Shown here one piece after another: positions 1 to 11,233 of a stretch of DNA of 32,000 nt; the first letter of the stretch is position 1; the number at the start of each line of letters is the position of its first letter. The translations under genes were made by a program, and so were the position numbers. The notes below the pieces were generated by a model. It was not told the origin of the DNA. It saw only the letters and a list, made by a program, of their open reading frames with translations, and searched no databases. Location of the stretch: NCBI RefSeq assembly GCF_013365455.1, contig NZ_CP046578.1:210001-242000 (forward strand), in the 5' to 3' direction. The stretch is from Wolbachia endosymbiont of Dirofilaria (Dirofilaria) immitis (GTDB lineage: Bacteria; Pseudomonadota; Alphaproteobacteria; Rickettsiales; Anaplasmataceae).

Positions 1-484
1 TGTGGTTGAAAATCACGTATAAGCTAAAAATTATAGTTATGAATTTAGATAATAGTTAGAACATCCAACTGCAAATGAAATATTAAAGCAAAGTATATGT
101 ACTTCTCTATCATGATTAAAATTGGAGCTGTAACAAAAAAGAAGCGGGAAATATTGCATTTAGTTAATGCTCTTAGGTGAGAGATTATGATTTTTGAATG
201 TAAATAGTTACCTGTAGATTCTGAAGTGTTAAAGGTATAGGTTAAGGAAATCTCAGACTTGTCTATCACTTATAATGCGCAGGTATATCATAATGAACCT
301 TAACTCAAGGATTGCTATCTCGACTTTGTGCTTTCAACCATAAAAAATAGCATTGTTTAATTTTTGCTAAGTAACTGTACTTATAATAGAGAAGATTTTT
401 TTACTCTTGATGTAAGCTGAAATCAAACTCGATTTTTTTCTATATTGCGCTCTATATCGCTGGTAGAAAATCATTGTATTAAAT

Positions 485-961
485 CTAATGCAATTTTTTA
501 TTTAAGTCACGTGAAAGTGAAGATATAATATCGCTACTGCGCTTATCGTCATGGTGCACTTGTATTATTTTTTTTACAGCATCAGCGGCTATACTTGCTG
601 TGCTAGCTTGTAAATCTTCAATAGCTTTTTCAACTTGGTCGGTGACTTTCTTTAGATGAAAACGTGCATTCTCATTCAACGTCTGATCCAATTGTTGTCT
701 ATTATACTTAATGATTCTATTAGCCTTATTAAGGGCTTCACTCATTGTTTTATTAACCTCCGCATCTAATTTTTTGTATTTTTCAGAAGACTTTTTATAA
801 TATTCTAACATATCTCTTTTAAATTTTTCAACCTCTTCATTTGTAAGTTTGCTCTTGTTACCTTTTTTATTAAGGGCGCTCTTTATTAGTTCTTTCAGCA
901 GTCTATATGAAAGGATAAAACCTACTAAGAAAGCAAGGCCGATGATCATTGATGTAGACAT
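485..961 (-). CDS. atpF: F0F1 ATP synthase subunit b
   Basis: 158-aa ORF with one N-terminal TM helix (IIGLAFLVGFILSY) and a long charged helical tail. It is the last gene in the a-c-b'-b order typical of alphaproteobacterial F0 operons. Confidence 0.8.
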   Translation of the reverse strand: MSTSMIIGLAFLVGFILSYRLLKELIKSALNKKGNKSKLTNEEVEKFKRDMLEYYKKSSEKYKKLDAEVNKTMSEALNKANRIIKYNRQQLDQTLNENARFHLKKVTDQVEKAIEDLQASTASIAADAVKKIIQVHHDDKRSSDIISSLSRDLNKKLH

Positions 962-969
962 AAAAACCT

Positions 970-1449
970 CTAAAATTCTTTAAATATTAAGTTAGTAACA
1001 AATTCCTCTTCAATTTCAGAATTAGTTAATTTATTGTAATAAATTAAAGCAATACCGGTAGCCATTTGCTTGAGTTCATTAATGTACTTAGATTTAAATT
1101 TTGCTACTTTTTCTTCAACAAGCTTGTTCATTTTTTTGTTTTCCTCTTCTATCGTGTTTTTCATGCTTATTCTCATTTCTTCTACTTGGACAAGTGCATT
1201 GTCTATAGCCTTTTTTGCTTGCATTTTAGCTTCATTTAGAACTAAGTTGTATCTAATAGCCTGATTTTCTATAAGCTTTAGGAGACAAATGGAACTATTA
1301 AAGGAATCTAATACTTTCTTGCTTCTAGTGTTTATTATTTCATCCAATTTTGGTAGAAATAAAAAGTTTACTATGAAAAAAAGCGAAGAAAAAAAAATCA
1401 AGAACCAAAAAACTTGAGAAAAGAAGGTTGAGACATCAAGTTGTGGCAT
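970..1449 (-). CDS. atpF2: F0F1 ATP synthase subunit b'
   Basis: The ORF track gives 970..1461 from a TTG start. I prefer the ATG at 1449, giving MPQLDVSTFFSQVFWFLIFF, the conserved b' N-terminus, which lies 1 nt after the atpE stop. One TM helix plus a charged coiled tail. Confidence 0.8.
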   Translation of the reverse strand: MPQLDVSTFFSQVFWFLIFFSSLFFIVNFLFLPKLDEIINTRSKKVLDSFNSSICLLKLIENQAIRYNLVLNEAKMQAKKAIDNALVQVEEMRISMKNTIEEENKKMNKLVEEKVAKFKSKYINELKQMATGIALIYYNKLTNSEIEEEFVTNLIFKEF

Positions 1450-1450
1450 A

Positions 1451-1678
1451 TTAAACAACAAATATTAATAGCAATGCAAGTAAAAATGCAAATAATCCCA
1501 TTGCTTCGACTAAAGCTGCTCCTGTATAGATATATTTTTTCATCTTGTCTTCTGACTCAGGGTTTCTTGCAAGTCCACTTAACATGGTAGAAAATATATT
1601 TGCTACACCAACACCGGCCCCGAGCATACCAAGCACACTTAACCCAATTGCTATAAACTTTAAAGCTGCTAAATCCAT
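1451..1678 (-). CDS. atpE: F0F1 ATP synthase subunit c
   Basis: 75-aa two-helix hairpin with the loop motif GLARNPE and the proton-binding helix AALVEAMGLFAFLLALLL. Confidence 0.92.
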   Translation of the reverse strand: MDLAALKFIAIGLSVLGMLGAGVGVANIFSTMLSGLARNPESEDKMKKYIYTGAALVEAMGLFAFLLALLLIFVV

Positions 1679-1739
1679 GTATTACCTTTAATCATTTCCT
1701 TATAAGCTTAATTATAAAATGCCTTAAAGGTAAAGTCAA

Positions 1740-2465
1740 TTACTTTACTGTATCTGATAGATATACACATGTTAAGGAGGTGAATATATAGGCTTGTAAG
1801 ATTGCAACAAATACTTCAAATCCTATTAAGGTAATTATAAACAAAAACGGTATAGGAGTTAGAGTTAAATGCATATTTATAATAAACCCTGCTATTACCT
1901 TAATAATTGTATGACCTGCAATCATATTCGCAGCAAGCCTGATTGATAAACTTATAGGTCTTGCGAGGTAAGCAAATAGCTTGATAAAAACCATTATTGG
2001 AGCAAGCCATAATGGAGTGCCTTCTGGTAACAATATACGTAAAAATTTTATTCCACTTTCTTTAAATCCAACAGCGGTTATGTAAACAAAAACTACTATC
2101 GATAAGGCAAAAGTAACTATTACATGACTTGTAACTGTAAAACTATATGGGAGGGTACCGACTAAATTACATGATAAAGTGAAAATAAATGCTGTAAATA
2201 TCAATGGAATATGCTTTAAACCTTTACTTCCGGTGTTACTTTCTATTATTGAAACAACAAAATCGTATATATACTCAACTGCAGCTTGCAAATATCCTGG
2301 TATTATTGACTTCTGTCTTACTCCCAAGAGTAAGAAAAGTGTGACTGACACTACTGAAATCATCATAAAAAGAGATGAGTTAGTGAAATTTATGTTATAC
2401 CCAAATAATCTAGGTAGCTCTATTATTGTGTATATTTTAAATTGTTCTAATGGATTTAATATCAT
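1740..2465 (-). CDS. atpB: F0F1 ATP synthase subunit a
   Basis: 241-aa polytopic membrane protein carrying the conserved [14 protein letters not shown] motif (essential Arg). First gene of the F0 cluster. Confidence 0.92.
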   Translation of the reverse strand: MILNPLEQFKIYTIIELPRLFGYNINFTNSSLFMMISVVSVTLFLLLGVRQKSIIPGYLQAAVEYIYDFVVSIIESNTGSKGLKHIPLIFTAFIFTLSCNLVGTLPYSFTVTSHVIVTFALSIVVFVYITAVGFKESGIKFLRILLPEGTPLWLAPIMVFIKLFAYLARPISLSIRLAANMIAGHTIIKVIAGFIINMHLTLTPIPFLFIITLIGFEVFVAILQAYIFTSLTCVYLSDTVK

Positions 2466-2904
2466 TTTTATTATAAAAAAACTTAAGCTACATAATAAGT
2501 AGAGTATAAATTCTATAGAGTGAAGTCAAGAGTTAATATGGTATATGCTCTATAATACAGAGCATTTTTTACTTATTTTATTTTGAACTTATAATTCTCA
2601 GATACTATTTTCTGATAATTTGAAGTCATATTTATAGCATGGTTATAATCTTCACGATTAAGTTCAGTTTTATTGATAGATAAATCTTTTTAAAAACCAT
2701 TTTTAAAATAATGTTACCGAAAATTATAAGGTAAACTGCCAACGTCCTTGGCCAGTTATTCTATTGGCTTTTTTCTATAGCTATCAGAGACGTTAAGTTA
2801 TGTGCTAACATCTTTCTTGTTAGTTTTTTTGTATCCAAGATTAGTTTTGATAATTTTAAAAATTGGTTGACGAAAATTGGTTGATAATTGTATATATGTT
2901 CGAT

Positions 2905-2978
2905 GCCGGCTTAGCTCAATTGGGTAGAGCAACTGACTTGTAATCAGTAGGTTGTCAGTTCAAGTCCGACAGCCGGCA
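2905..2978 (+). tRNA. tRNA-Thr (anticodon UGU)
   Basis: Hand-folded cloverleaf. Acceptor GCCGGCT/AGCCGGC, D arm GCTC/GAGC, anticodon stem ACTGA/TCAGT with loop CTTGTAA, and T arm GTCAG-TTCAAGT-CCGAC (one A-C mismatch). No encoded CCA. Confidence 0.9.
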
Positions 2979-3791
2979 TGTACCCTAGTCAAGGATAGAG
3001 ATATTTAAAATAAATAAGAAGAAGCCTATTAGCAAATAAATTTTCGAAGATATAAAGAGAGTAGTATGTAGGTAATTAAAGGTATAGCTAGAATTACCAG
3101 CAGGATCCTTGTTGGCAGGTGTTTATTATCCTCAGGTTATATCTATAACTATAAACTCTAAGATTTGGTTCTAAACTCTTTAAAAAGAGTATTAGAGCTA
3201 TTACGTTTAAGTATATAGGAACGTTTTATAATAACTGCTATTTATGTTCTACTATTGACTTAATACCTTTCTAAATATTTTAATTTCTTTTTATAGAAAA
3301 ACATTATAAGTTTTCTCTTCACTTTTTTCCAGTAAGATCGTTTTGACTAGTGCATAACTTTATCTATAGTTAAACATTTTTTAAATTACATATAAATATG
3401 AAGTATAATGTTCCATTAATATTCTTTAATGTTACTGAACACAAAGAGGGAAATATTCTTACTTAAGCTTGCACTAACATGAAATTTCAGATTAGTATTA
3501 TGATGAGAATGGTAATGATAACTTGCTAGTAGGCTAATCCTTGTGTTCTTTAATAATTAAACCTTAATGAAAACTTTAAGTCTGATCTAGGATTTTTTGG
3601 TATAATACTGATCAAAAACAACACTAGATTTTTAGAGATTATTGCTCTGTCTAACGCTAAAGATAAGGTGAGCAACATAACTAGAACTTGTAATCTCTTT
3701 ATACGAGGAAATATATACATGCTGAATATGTATTCTCTTATGTTTTTGAGAAAAATAATTATGAAATCATAAGATACACTACTCAGATTTT

Positions 3792-6332
3792 TTACATAAC
3801 TATGTTTACTATCTTGTTTGGCACAGTATATATGGTTCGAATTTTGTTTTGATCGATTTTATTAGATACAGAGCTCATTGCTATTTTCTTCAATTCCTCT
3901 TTGGGCAAATTAATTGCTACCTTAATTATTGCACTCAATTTCCCGTTGATTTGCACTGCTACAGTTACTATCTTATCAGTCAGTAGTGACTTAGCAATTT
4001 CTGGCCAAGGCTGTAGGTACAGCATACCTTTACCACCTATTTCTTGCCATAGGCTTTCAGCTAAGTGTGGTATAAATGGCTCAATTACTCTGATTAATAT
4101 GTGTATGCCTTCACCAATGAGTGATTTTCCATTTTCTGCATCTATTTCAGCTATTAAGTTCGTCATCTTGCGAAATTTTGCCACTGCGCAATTTAATCTG
4201 CAGCTTTCCAGGTCATCCGTAAGCCCGTATAGGAGTTTGTGTATTTTCTTTCTATATTCTAGAAGTTTGTCTGTAATATTTTTATCTGATGTTGTTTTAA
4301 TGTGTGATAGTATATCTTCTTTCTTGGTCTTGGTGTCATCTGCTTGGAAGGTAGGAGATTGATTTTTGGTAACGATAGGTTTAAATCGCATTACCATACG
4401 CCATAATTTGTTTATATAGCGAAAACAGCCTTCTATGCCACTATCTGACCATTCTATATCTTTTTCTGGAGGAGTATCGGACAATACAAACAAGCGGGCG
4501 GTATCCGCACCGTATTTTTCTATGATAAAATTTGGGTCAACTGTATTCTTCTTGGATTTGCTCATCTTCTCGGCCTTACCAACTTGGATTTTTAAACCTA
4601 GTGCTACTAATTTTTTTGCTTCTTCAGGGAATAGCCACTTACCATGCTCGTCTTTATAAGTCGTATGACAAACCATTCCTTGAGTGATTAAAGTAGAGAA
4701 AGGCTCCTTAATGTTAAGATAACCGCATCTAGTTAAAGCGCGGCAAAAAAATCGTGAGTAAAGCAAGTGCAAGATTGCATGCTCTATTCCACCTATATAA
4801 TAATCGACAGGCATAAAACGGTTACACGCATCCTTATTAATAGATTTATCTTCACTGCAGAATGCAGCAAAGTACCAAGAGGATTCAAAAAAAGTGTCAA
4901 ATGTATCAGTTTCACGCTCCATTTGCTTCCCACATTTTGGGCAATCAACAAATTTCCATGTTGGGTGTTTATCAAGTGGATTACCACCGCTTATAAATTC
5001 TATATCTGTTGGCAGAGTTACAGGAAGGTTTTTTTCTGGTACTGGAATAGTACCACAATCTTTACAATGTATAATAGGTATAGGGCATCCCCAATAACGT
5101 TGCCTAGAAATTCCCCAGTCGTGTAGACGATAGTTTACCGTTTTTTTACCTATCCCTTTTTCTTCAAGCTTCTTGATGACTATTTCCTTTGCTTTATTAG
5201 CTGTTAATCCATTTAAGAATTCAGAATTAAACATCACTTCATCATTGATGTATGCTTCTTTTATGGTCTCTATGGTTTGTGTGCTCTCTTTATAAATTAC
5301 AGGAATAATCGGTAGATTATATTTCTGTGCAAATTCAAGATCACGCTGATCATGTGCAGGGCATCCGAAAATTGCACCTTCTCCATATTCCATTAATACA
5401 AAATTTGCTACGTAGAGTGGTAACTTTTTATCAAGAAATGGATGTTTGACGTTTAACCCAGTGTAAATTCCAATTTTTTCGTTATTTTTTTCTTTGGTTT
5501 TCATATCATCAATAAAGCCCTGTATTTTTTCGTTTTTAAGATTCTGTATAATAGGATGCTCTGTTGCTACTGCGCAAAAGGAAGCTCCAAATAAAGTATG
5601 AGGGTGAATTGTAAAGATCTTTAATTTTTTATTTAAACCGATTATTTCGAATTCTATAGTGACCCCTTCGGATTTTCCTATCCAATGTTCTTGCATTGTT
5701 TTAACTTTTTCTGGCCAGTTTTTTAAATTTTGCAAGCACTTGAGTAAATCTTCAGCGAAATCGGTAGTCTTTAAGAACCACTGGGATAGCTTACGTTTTT
5801 CAATAACTGCACCGGAACGCCAGCCTTTTCCATTGATTACCTGTTCATTTGCAAGTACTGTCTGGTCTACTGGATCCCAGTTAACCCATGACTCTTTTCG
5901 GTAAGCAAGCCCATGCTTTAGAAAATCTAAGAAAAGTTTTTGTTCGTATTTATAATAGTTAGGCTCACACGTAAAGAGTTCACGTTCCCAATTATAAGAA
6001 AGGCCTATAGATTTTAACTGCACACGCATATTATCTATATTCTCTTTTGTCCAAATTGCGGGATTGATATTGTTATCCCTTGCTGCGTTTTCGGCTGGCA
6101 ATCCAAACGCATCCCAGCCGATTGGGTGCAAAACCTCAAATCCACGAGCTCTCTTATAGCGTGCTATTACATCTCCTATTGTATAGTTACGTAAGTGTCC
6201 CATATGGATTTTACCAGATGGGTATGGAAACATTTCTAATACATAACATTTATTTTGTTTACTATTTTTATTTACAGAGAAATTCCATTTATTTTGGTAA
6301 AATTTTTCAATATTTTTAAAATCATATTTCAT
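3792..6332 (-). CDS. leuS: leucyl-tRNA synthetase
   Basis: 846-aa ORF with the class I signatures HMGHLRNY (HIGH) and KMSKSKKN (KMSKS). Typical LeuS N-terminus and length. Confidence 0.97.
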   Translation of the reverse strand: MKYDFKNIEKFYQNKWNFSVNKNSKQNKCYVLEMFPYPSGKIHMGHLRNYTIGDVIARYKRARGFEVLHPIGWDAFGLPAENAARDNNINPAIWTKENIDNMRVQLKSIGLSYNWERELFTCEPNYYKYEQKLFLDFLKHGLAYRKESWVNWDPVDQTVLANEQVINGKGWRSGAVIEKRKLSQWFLKTTDFAEDLLKCLQNLKNWPEKVKTMQEHWIGKSEGVTIEFEIIGLNKKLKIFTIHPHTLFGASFCAVATEHPIIQNLKNEKIQGFIDDMKTKEKNNEKIGIYTGLNVKHPFLDKKLPLYVANFVLMEYGEGAIFGCPAHDQRDLEFAQKYNLPIIPVIYKESTQTIETIKEAYINDEVMFNSEFLNGLTANKAKEIVIKKLEEKGIGKKTVNYRLHDWGISRQRYWGCPIPIIHCKDCGTIPVPEKNLPVTLPTDIEFISGGNPLDKHPTWKFVDCPKCGKQMERETDTFDTFFESSWYFAAFCSEDKSINKDACNRFMPVDYYIGGIEHAILHLLYSRFFCRALTRCGYLNIKEPFSTLITQGMVCHTTYKDEHGKWLFPEEAKKLVALGLKIQVGKAEKMSKSKKNTVDPNFIIEKYGADTARLFVLSDTPPEKDIEWSDSGIEGCFRYINKLWRMVMRFKPIVTKNQSPTFQADDTKTKKEDILSHIKTTSDKNITDKLLEYRKKIHKLLYGLTDDLESCRLNCAVAKFRKMTNLIAEIDAENGKSLIGEGIHILIRVIEPFIPHLAESLWQEIGGKGMLYLQPWPEIAKSLLTDKIVTVAVQINGKLSAIIKVAINLPKEELKKIAMSSVSNKIDQNKIRTIYTVPNKIVNIVM

Positions 6333-6338
6333 ATAAAT

Positions 6339-6959
6339 TTAAGTTTCATTACAGTTAGTATGTGACAAAGGATCAATTGTTTGACCGTTACACCGTATTA
6401 TAAAGCATATCTGTGGGTACTTATCTTGTGTACTTAGCTTGCCTGCAGATCCAATGACTTGGCCCTGTTTTACTTTATCACCAATTTTGACATTTATATT
6501 TTTTAAATAGGAATATGCAGTCATGTAATTATCTTTGTGTTCTACTATAATTAAGTTTCCATACCATCTGAGCCCTTTGCCTACATATATTATTTTACCA
6601 GGTGCAGAAGCTACTACACTTGTCCCGCTTTGAGCAGTGATTTTTATTCCATCTTTACATGCTTCATCAAAGGAGACAGAAGTACCTTTTACTGGCATCA
6701 TAAATTTACAATTTAACCTATTGATTTTCACATTTTGCGTATCGTTCTTGTTCCTATGTGTTCTGTTTACGATGTCTTTTCTATTTTCTTTTTTTATTAA
6801 AGAGTTAGTATCTTTCTTAATTAAATGGTACTCTCTTGTATATTCTAGATCTCTTTTTCCGTAAAATTCCTCACCTTTAAGCAACACAGGCGCAGGTTTT
6901 TGTAGGCTACAACTTACTAATATTACTTGTAATATAAATAACGAGGCTATACGCCACAT
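6339..6959 (-). CDS. nlpD: NlpD-like lipoprotein with degenerate LytM (M23) domain
   Basis: Signal peptide with lipobox LVSC (Cys17). The C-terminal domain matches the NlpD/LytM fold (GLRWYGNLIIVEHKDNYMTAYSYL), but the HxxxD and HxH metal-ligand positions read KDGIK and QIC. Confidence 0.8.
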   Translation of the reverse strand: MWRIASLFILQVILVSCSLQKPAPVLLKGEEFYGKRDLEYTREYHLIKKDTNSLIKKENRKDIVNRTHRNKNDTQNVKINRLNCKFMMPVKGTSVSFDEACKDGIKITAQSGTSVVASAPGKIIYVGKGLRWYGNLIIVEHKDNYMTAYSYLKNINVKIGDKVKQGQVIGSAGKLSTQDKYPQICFIIRCNGQTIDPLSHTNCNET

Positions 6960-7132
6960 AAATTTCTTTAAGATAATTTAAACTATATTAAATAACATAC
7001 TTTTTAAGTAACAAAACTTTTTTGTTGGTGCCAATTTTATGTTCCACCCTTAGAGTTGTTATGCTCTTTGTATGAGAAAACATTCTATTCTTCTTTCTTT
7101 GCTCTTTCTAAGTGGTTAGTCTTGTAAATTCA

Positions 7133-7618
7133 CTACTGTTTTACTTTAAAATTTCCTTTTTTATAATATGTTTTACTTGATAGAAATAGAGCTACTATAA
7201 GGTAAATAAAATTCCATGTTGCTAAGGAAATGCCTAGGACATAATTAGGCCTATCACAGAATGGGGAGTAGTTGGGATTTAATAACTTATTTCTAAGCTC
7301 TTCTATGCTAACATCACTGCCTGCTGCTTGTTCTGTACAGCCTAAGATATCATAAAATAAATGTAATTCAAGGCCTATGTGATAAAAGGATATTACTATG
7401 CCTATAAAATAGCTAAAGAACATTGCGTGGATTAAAATTTTATTACTTTTGAACATGTGTACTACTACAAGTAACCCTGTAATATAGTAAATTACCCGTT
7501 CATATATACATAGTTTACATGGCAACATGTAAAAGAAATACTCTAGCATATATGCGAAGATTAGAGCAAAAGCGCTTGATAACAAAAAGATTATAGAAAC
7601 TCTAGAGTTATTATGCAT
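7133..7618 (-). CDS. dsbB: disulfide bond formation protein B (DsbB family)
   Basis: 161-aa protein with four predicted TM helices. It has a CKLC redox pair after TM1 and a second Cys pair (GCTEQ ... FCDRP) in the large loop. Confidence 0.75.
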   Translation of the reverse strand: MHNNSRVSIIFLLSSAFALIFAYMLEYFFYMLPCKLCIYERVIYYITGLLVVVHMFKSNKILIHAMFFSYFIGIVISFYHIGLELHLFYDILGCTEQAAGSDVSIEELRNKLLNPNYSPFCDRPNYVLGISLATWNFIYLIVALFLSSKTYYKKGNFKVKQ

Positions 7619-7668
7619 AATTTAAAGTGAATTATTATAAAGAACTCTGGAAGTATAAAGTAGAATAT

Positions 7669-8994
7669 TCATTTTACATAAGGATTTTTATTCTTTTTCA
7701 AAAGTAATCTGACTGGTACTCCTTTAGCAAAGAAATTCTTTCTAAGGTTATTAGTTAAATAGCGTTTATAACTCTCATTAACACTTTCAGGTATGTTACA
7801 TATTAAAGAAAAAGCAGGAGGTTTAGTACCAGTCTGAACGATATATTTCATTTTAACTGCTCTACCTTTTATAAATGGGTGAGGATGGTTATCCAAAGCA
7901 TTGATTAACCATTTATTTAGTTTTGCGGTGCTGATTTTCTTGTTTAAGAATTGGTTCACTTCAAGGCATTTATCCAGTACATTACTACAATGCATACCTT
8001 TTAACGCAGAAATTGTTATAATTGATACTTCTAAAGATAAACGAGTTACTTCTTGTTGCTCTACAAATTTTATTAATTTACTCCTATCATCTTTATTTAT
8101 TAAATCCCATTTATTCAAAACAATGATCACTCCTTTTCCTTCTTTGATTGCAGCTTCACCGATTGATAAATTTTGTTGCTCAATACTTATAATGGAGTCG
8201 AACATTAAAATTACTATATGAGAACGTTTTATTGATTCCATGCTTTTCTTAACGAATCTTGATTCTAGGCTATCTATGATATTTGCTTTTCTGTAAATCC
8301 CTGCAGTGTCGATGAGAGTGATTAATTCACCATTATAATTATATGTGATGTCTACAGAGTCACGTGTAGTTCCTGGTTCTGGACTTGTTATTAATCTATT
8401 TTCTGTGAGTAAACTGTTTAGAAAGGTTGACTTTCCTACGTTTGAGCGTCCAATTATTGCAATTCGGAGCTTATTGAACTTATCAGTCGGTAGTTTGGTG
8501 CTTTGATTTAAGTTTCTAATAGTACTGGATAGCGCATCATAAAGGTCAGCCATGCCAAGGTTATGTTCAGCTGAAATATATACTGGACCTATAAAATCAA
8601 AAAACTGTAAGTAATCAAGATTTTCAGATTTATGACTTTCACATTTGTTTGCTATGAGTATTATAGGTTTGTTTGTTTTTCCCTTCAGCCATTTTGCAAA
8701 TTTCTTATTTTTTTCATCTTGTACTTTTGCATCAACAAGAAAGAAAATTATATCTGAGTCAGATAAAGAGAGTTCGATTTGTTCAATAATTTGTAGTGAG
8801 AGATTGGTTTGGTCGTTCCATCCTCCTGTATCTATAACTTTAAATTCCAAATCACTAATTCTTCCAGCTCCTTCACGTCTGTCTCTTGTTACCCCTGGAA
8901 TATTACTGACTACTGCTATTCTTCTTCCTACTAGCCTATTAAATAGAGTTGACTTGCCGACATTTAGTAGACCTACTATAGTAATTTTTAGCAT
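7669..8994 (-). CDS. der: ribosome-associated GTPase Der/EngA
   Basis: 441 aa with two tandem GTPase domains (P-loops GLLNVGKST and GRSNVGKST; NKCE and NKWD G4 motifs) plus a C-terminal KH-like domain. Confidence 0.95.
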   Translation of the reverse strand: MLKITIVGLLNVGKSTLFNRLVGRRIAVVSNIPGVTRDRREGAGRISDLEFKVIDTGGWNDQTNLSLQIIEQIELSLSDSDIIFFLVDAKVQDEKNKKFAKWLKGKTNKPIILIANKCESHKSENLDYLQFFDFIGPVYISAEHNLGMADLYDALSSTIRNLNQSTKLPTDKFNKLRIAIIGRSNVGKSTFLNSLLTENRLITSPEPGTTRDSVDITYNYNGELITLIDTAGIYRKANIIDSLESRFVKKSMESIKRSHIVILMFDSIISIEQQNLSIGEAAIKEGKGVIIVLNKWDLINKDDRSKLIKFVEQQEVTRLSLEVSIITISALKGMHCSNVLDKCLEVNQFLNKKISTAKLNKWLINALDNHPHPFIKGRAVKMKYIVQTGTKPPAFSLICNIPESVNESYKRYLTNNLRKNFFAKGVPVRLLLKKNKNPYVK

Positions 8995-9841
8995 AAATTT
9001 GAGAGCATTAAAGTAAATTATAGTCAGGATTTTTAATTTAGCTATATTGACTTTATAAATTATACTCTATTCTAAGGTGAAGATACTTTATCTTAATTTC
9101 ATTGTATAAAAACTGGAAGTAGTTATATGTTTAAGCAAGTGACAAATGTAAGTTAGTTGGGAAAGATTAGAATAACAAGAAGTGCAACGGTGCTCGTACA
9201 GGAACATAGGACGTCTAAAAAACAACTGATTTTCAATTAAGCATGACAATATATAAATAAATTGAGAAAGAAGATAGGAAGAGATGATAGGGTGAGTGAG
9301 AAAATGGAGTACTTTTTAATAGCTAAACTGTAGGGAAAATTCTGGATGAGCTATTAGAAATTATAAATTTTGCATATAGGGATATAAATAATGTTTTATG
9401 TACTGTATGCTAATAAATAAGACTCTTAAAGAAAAGCTTAGTGATTATTTATCACACCTAAAATAAGTTGTGTGTAACAGTGTTAAAAGTGATAAAAAAG
9501 AAGGAATTATAATGGAAAGGTAACGCATTAAATTTTGGTACGATATGATGTAATGGATGACAAGAATTGTGGAGTTTTTTAAACATTATAAAATATTAAA
9601 AGAGCGACCACGTATAGAAAGGATCATTCATAGAACCAAAAATTTTGTTGAAGGGGAAAGTAGAAAACAAAGAGGGCAGTTTAGTTTTCTAGAAGATGGT
9701 AGTAGAATTAAGTGCATTGCGTTTGCCACTCTTAGATTAAAGTTCTAATTATTATATATAATGTTACTGAGTGCAATTATATGTACCTCTCTGCCTCTCT
9801 GTAAAATGAGTTAGCTTTTTCTTTACTTTTTCTTGATAAGC

Positions 9842-11089
9842 TTACCGAGCTATAATTTTTGATTTTACCCAATTATATAATTTACCTATTTTACTATCAT
9901 GATCAAGCATTCCAGGGTTATTTTTATAAAAAGTGTCAATTATAAGTTTTATAGAGCCTATAGCAGCAGAGAATACAGGATTTTTATTGTATTCACTTTC
10001 AAGACCACTACAAGACTCAGGGTCAGGGTGCCCAATACGGACTTGTTTATTGAATATATAGCTTGCAATCTCTTTCATGCTTGTGAGCTGACTGGTTCCT
10101 CCTGTGATAACTACTTTATTAATTGGGTCTTTTTGTTTCTGAAGTTGCTCTTTTACTAATTCAAGTATTTCTTCAACTCTTGGTCTTATTATGTTAATAA
10201 GCTTGTATTTAGGTACTGGAATTGATTCATCATTTTCGCTATTTTGTACTGTAATGTATTCGTTTTCATCTATTGAAGTTACAATAGTGTTACCATGCAA
10301 TATTTTTATGCGTTCTGCATATTCTATATTTGTACATAGTCCATAAGCTATATCTTTGGTGATATGAATACCACCAATTGGGATGCTGCTTGCATATATA
10401 AGTTTGCCTCTTTTGAAGATTCCAACTGCAGTATATCCACCTCCTATATCAACAATAGCAGTTCCGAGCTCTTTTTCATCTTCACTGAGACAGGCAAAAC
10501 TAGCAGAATACGCGGAAGCAACACAACCAGCAATACTTATCCCATCATTGTTAATTATGCAATTTTCAATGTTGATAAGTGCTGGACGCGAAGCAGTAAC
10601 GACATTTACATCAGCAGATAATCTTTTCCCGTACAGACCACTAACCTCTTTTATGTCAGTCATATCGTCTAAGTGATATTTTAGTGGTATATTGTGAATG
10701 ATGACGTTTCCCTCAATGTACTTTTCAAATGTTTGAAAGACTACACGTTTTATATCCAGGTCAGAGATTTCATAATTAGCTACAATGATCTCATTGTGCA
10801 TATTAAAAGATGAGATTCCGCATCCAGCAACATTCATATATATCTGGTCTATAGTTTTTTCTGATATTTGTTCAGCCAAACCTATGGTTGATGAGATAGA
10901 GTGACTTGCGTGTTTTATATCAATTACTGATCCACCATTTATACCTTCTGCGATCTTGTAACCTGTCCCTGTTATTTTATAGCTAAGATTGCCACTGATC
11001 TCGACAATTAGACAAATGATCTTTGTTGTACCTATATCTAAAACAGCAAAAATGTTTCTTTTTGGTTTTACTATTACTGCAGAGTACAT
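9842..11089 (-). CDS. ftsA: cell division protein FtsA
   Basis: 415-aa actin-like ATPase with phosphate-binding motifs LDIGTTKI and VDIGGGYT. FtsA-like length. No ftsQ or ftsZ on either side. Confidence 0.9.
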   Translation of the reverse strand: MYSAVIVKPKRNIFAVLDIGTTKIICLIVEISGNLSYKITGTGYKIAEGINGGSVIDIKHASHSISSTIGLAEQISEKTIDQIYMNVAGCGISSFNMHNEIIVANYEISDLDIKRVVFQTFEKYIEGNVIIHNIPLKYHLDDMTDIKEVSGLYGKRLSADVNVVTASRPALINIENCIINNDGISIAGCVASAYSASFACLSEDEKELGTAIVDIGGGYTAVGIFKRGKLIYASSIPIGGIHITKDIAYGLCTNIEYAERIKILHGNTIVTSIDENEYITVQNSENDESIPVPKYKLINIIRPRVEEILELVKEQLQKQKDPINKVVITGGTSQLTSMKEIASYIFNKQVRIGHPDPESCSGLESEYNKNPVFSAAIGSIKLIIDTFYKNNPGMLDHDSKIGKLYNWVKSKIIAR

Positions 11090-11158
11090 TAATTGACTTT
11101 ATTATGAATTATGAAATTTCATTTAAGTTGTAGCTTGCTTTAACAGTTTATATTTCTA

Positions 11159-11187
11159 TTGCGTAAAATACAGCAATATTTTAGTAT
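11159..11187 (+). promoter_or_regulatory. putative sigma70-type promoter for def-udg
   Basis: TTGCGT (11159-11164), a 17-nt spacer, then TAGTAT (11182-11187), about 45 nt upstream of the def ATG. Hexamer match only, in AT-rich DNA. Confidence 0.25.
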
Positions 11188-11233
11188 ACCATAGATATTA
11201 GATAAAAAGAAAATAAAACATAAAAATAACTTT

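Noticed and set aside
45-269. 74-aa minus-strand ORF downstream of atpF
   Set aside because: It has no SD, no recognisable motif, and composition typical of chance ORFs in AT-rich DNA. It cannot be supported.
2545-2571. Hairpin ATGCTCT-ATAATAC-AGAGCAT followed by a T-run on the plus strand, upstream of atpB
   Set aside because: It looks like a rho-independent terminator, but no plus-strand gene ends there. The stem is weak (7 bp, 3 G-C), and such structures arise by chance in AT-rich DNA.
3901-4362. 153-aa plus-strand ORF (and the others at 4435-5126, 5659-5904 and 6080-6319) inside leuS
   Set aside because: These lie antisense to a strongly supported leuS CDS and have no motifs. They are shadow ORFs.
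9557-9748. 63-aa plus-strand ORF in the ftsA-der spacer
   Set aside because: It has no SD and no recognisable family. It is isolated in a stop-codon-rich region and may be a fragment of an eroded gene, but it is not callable as a CDS.
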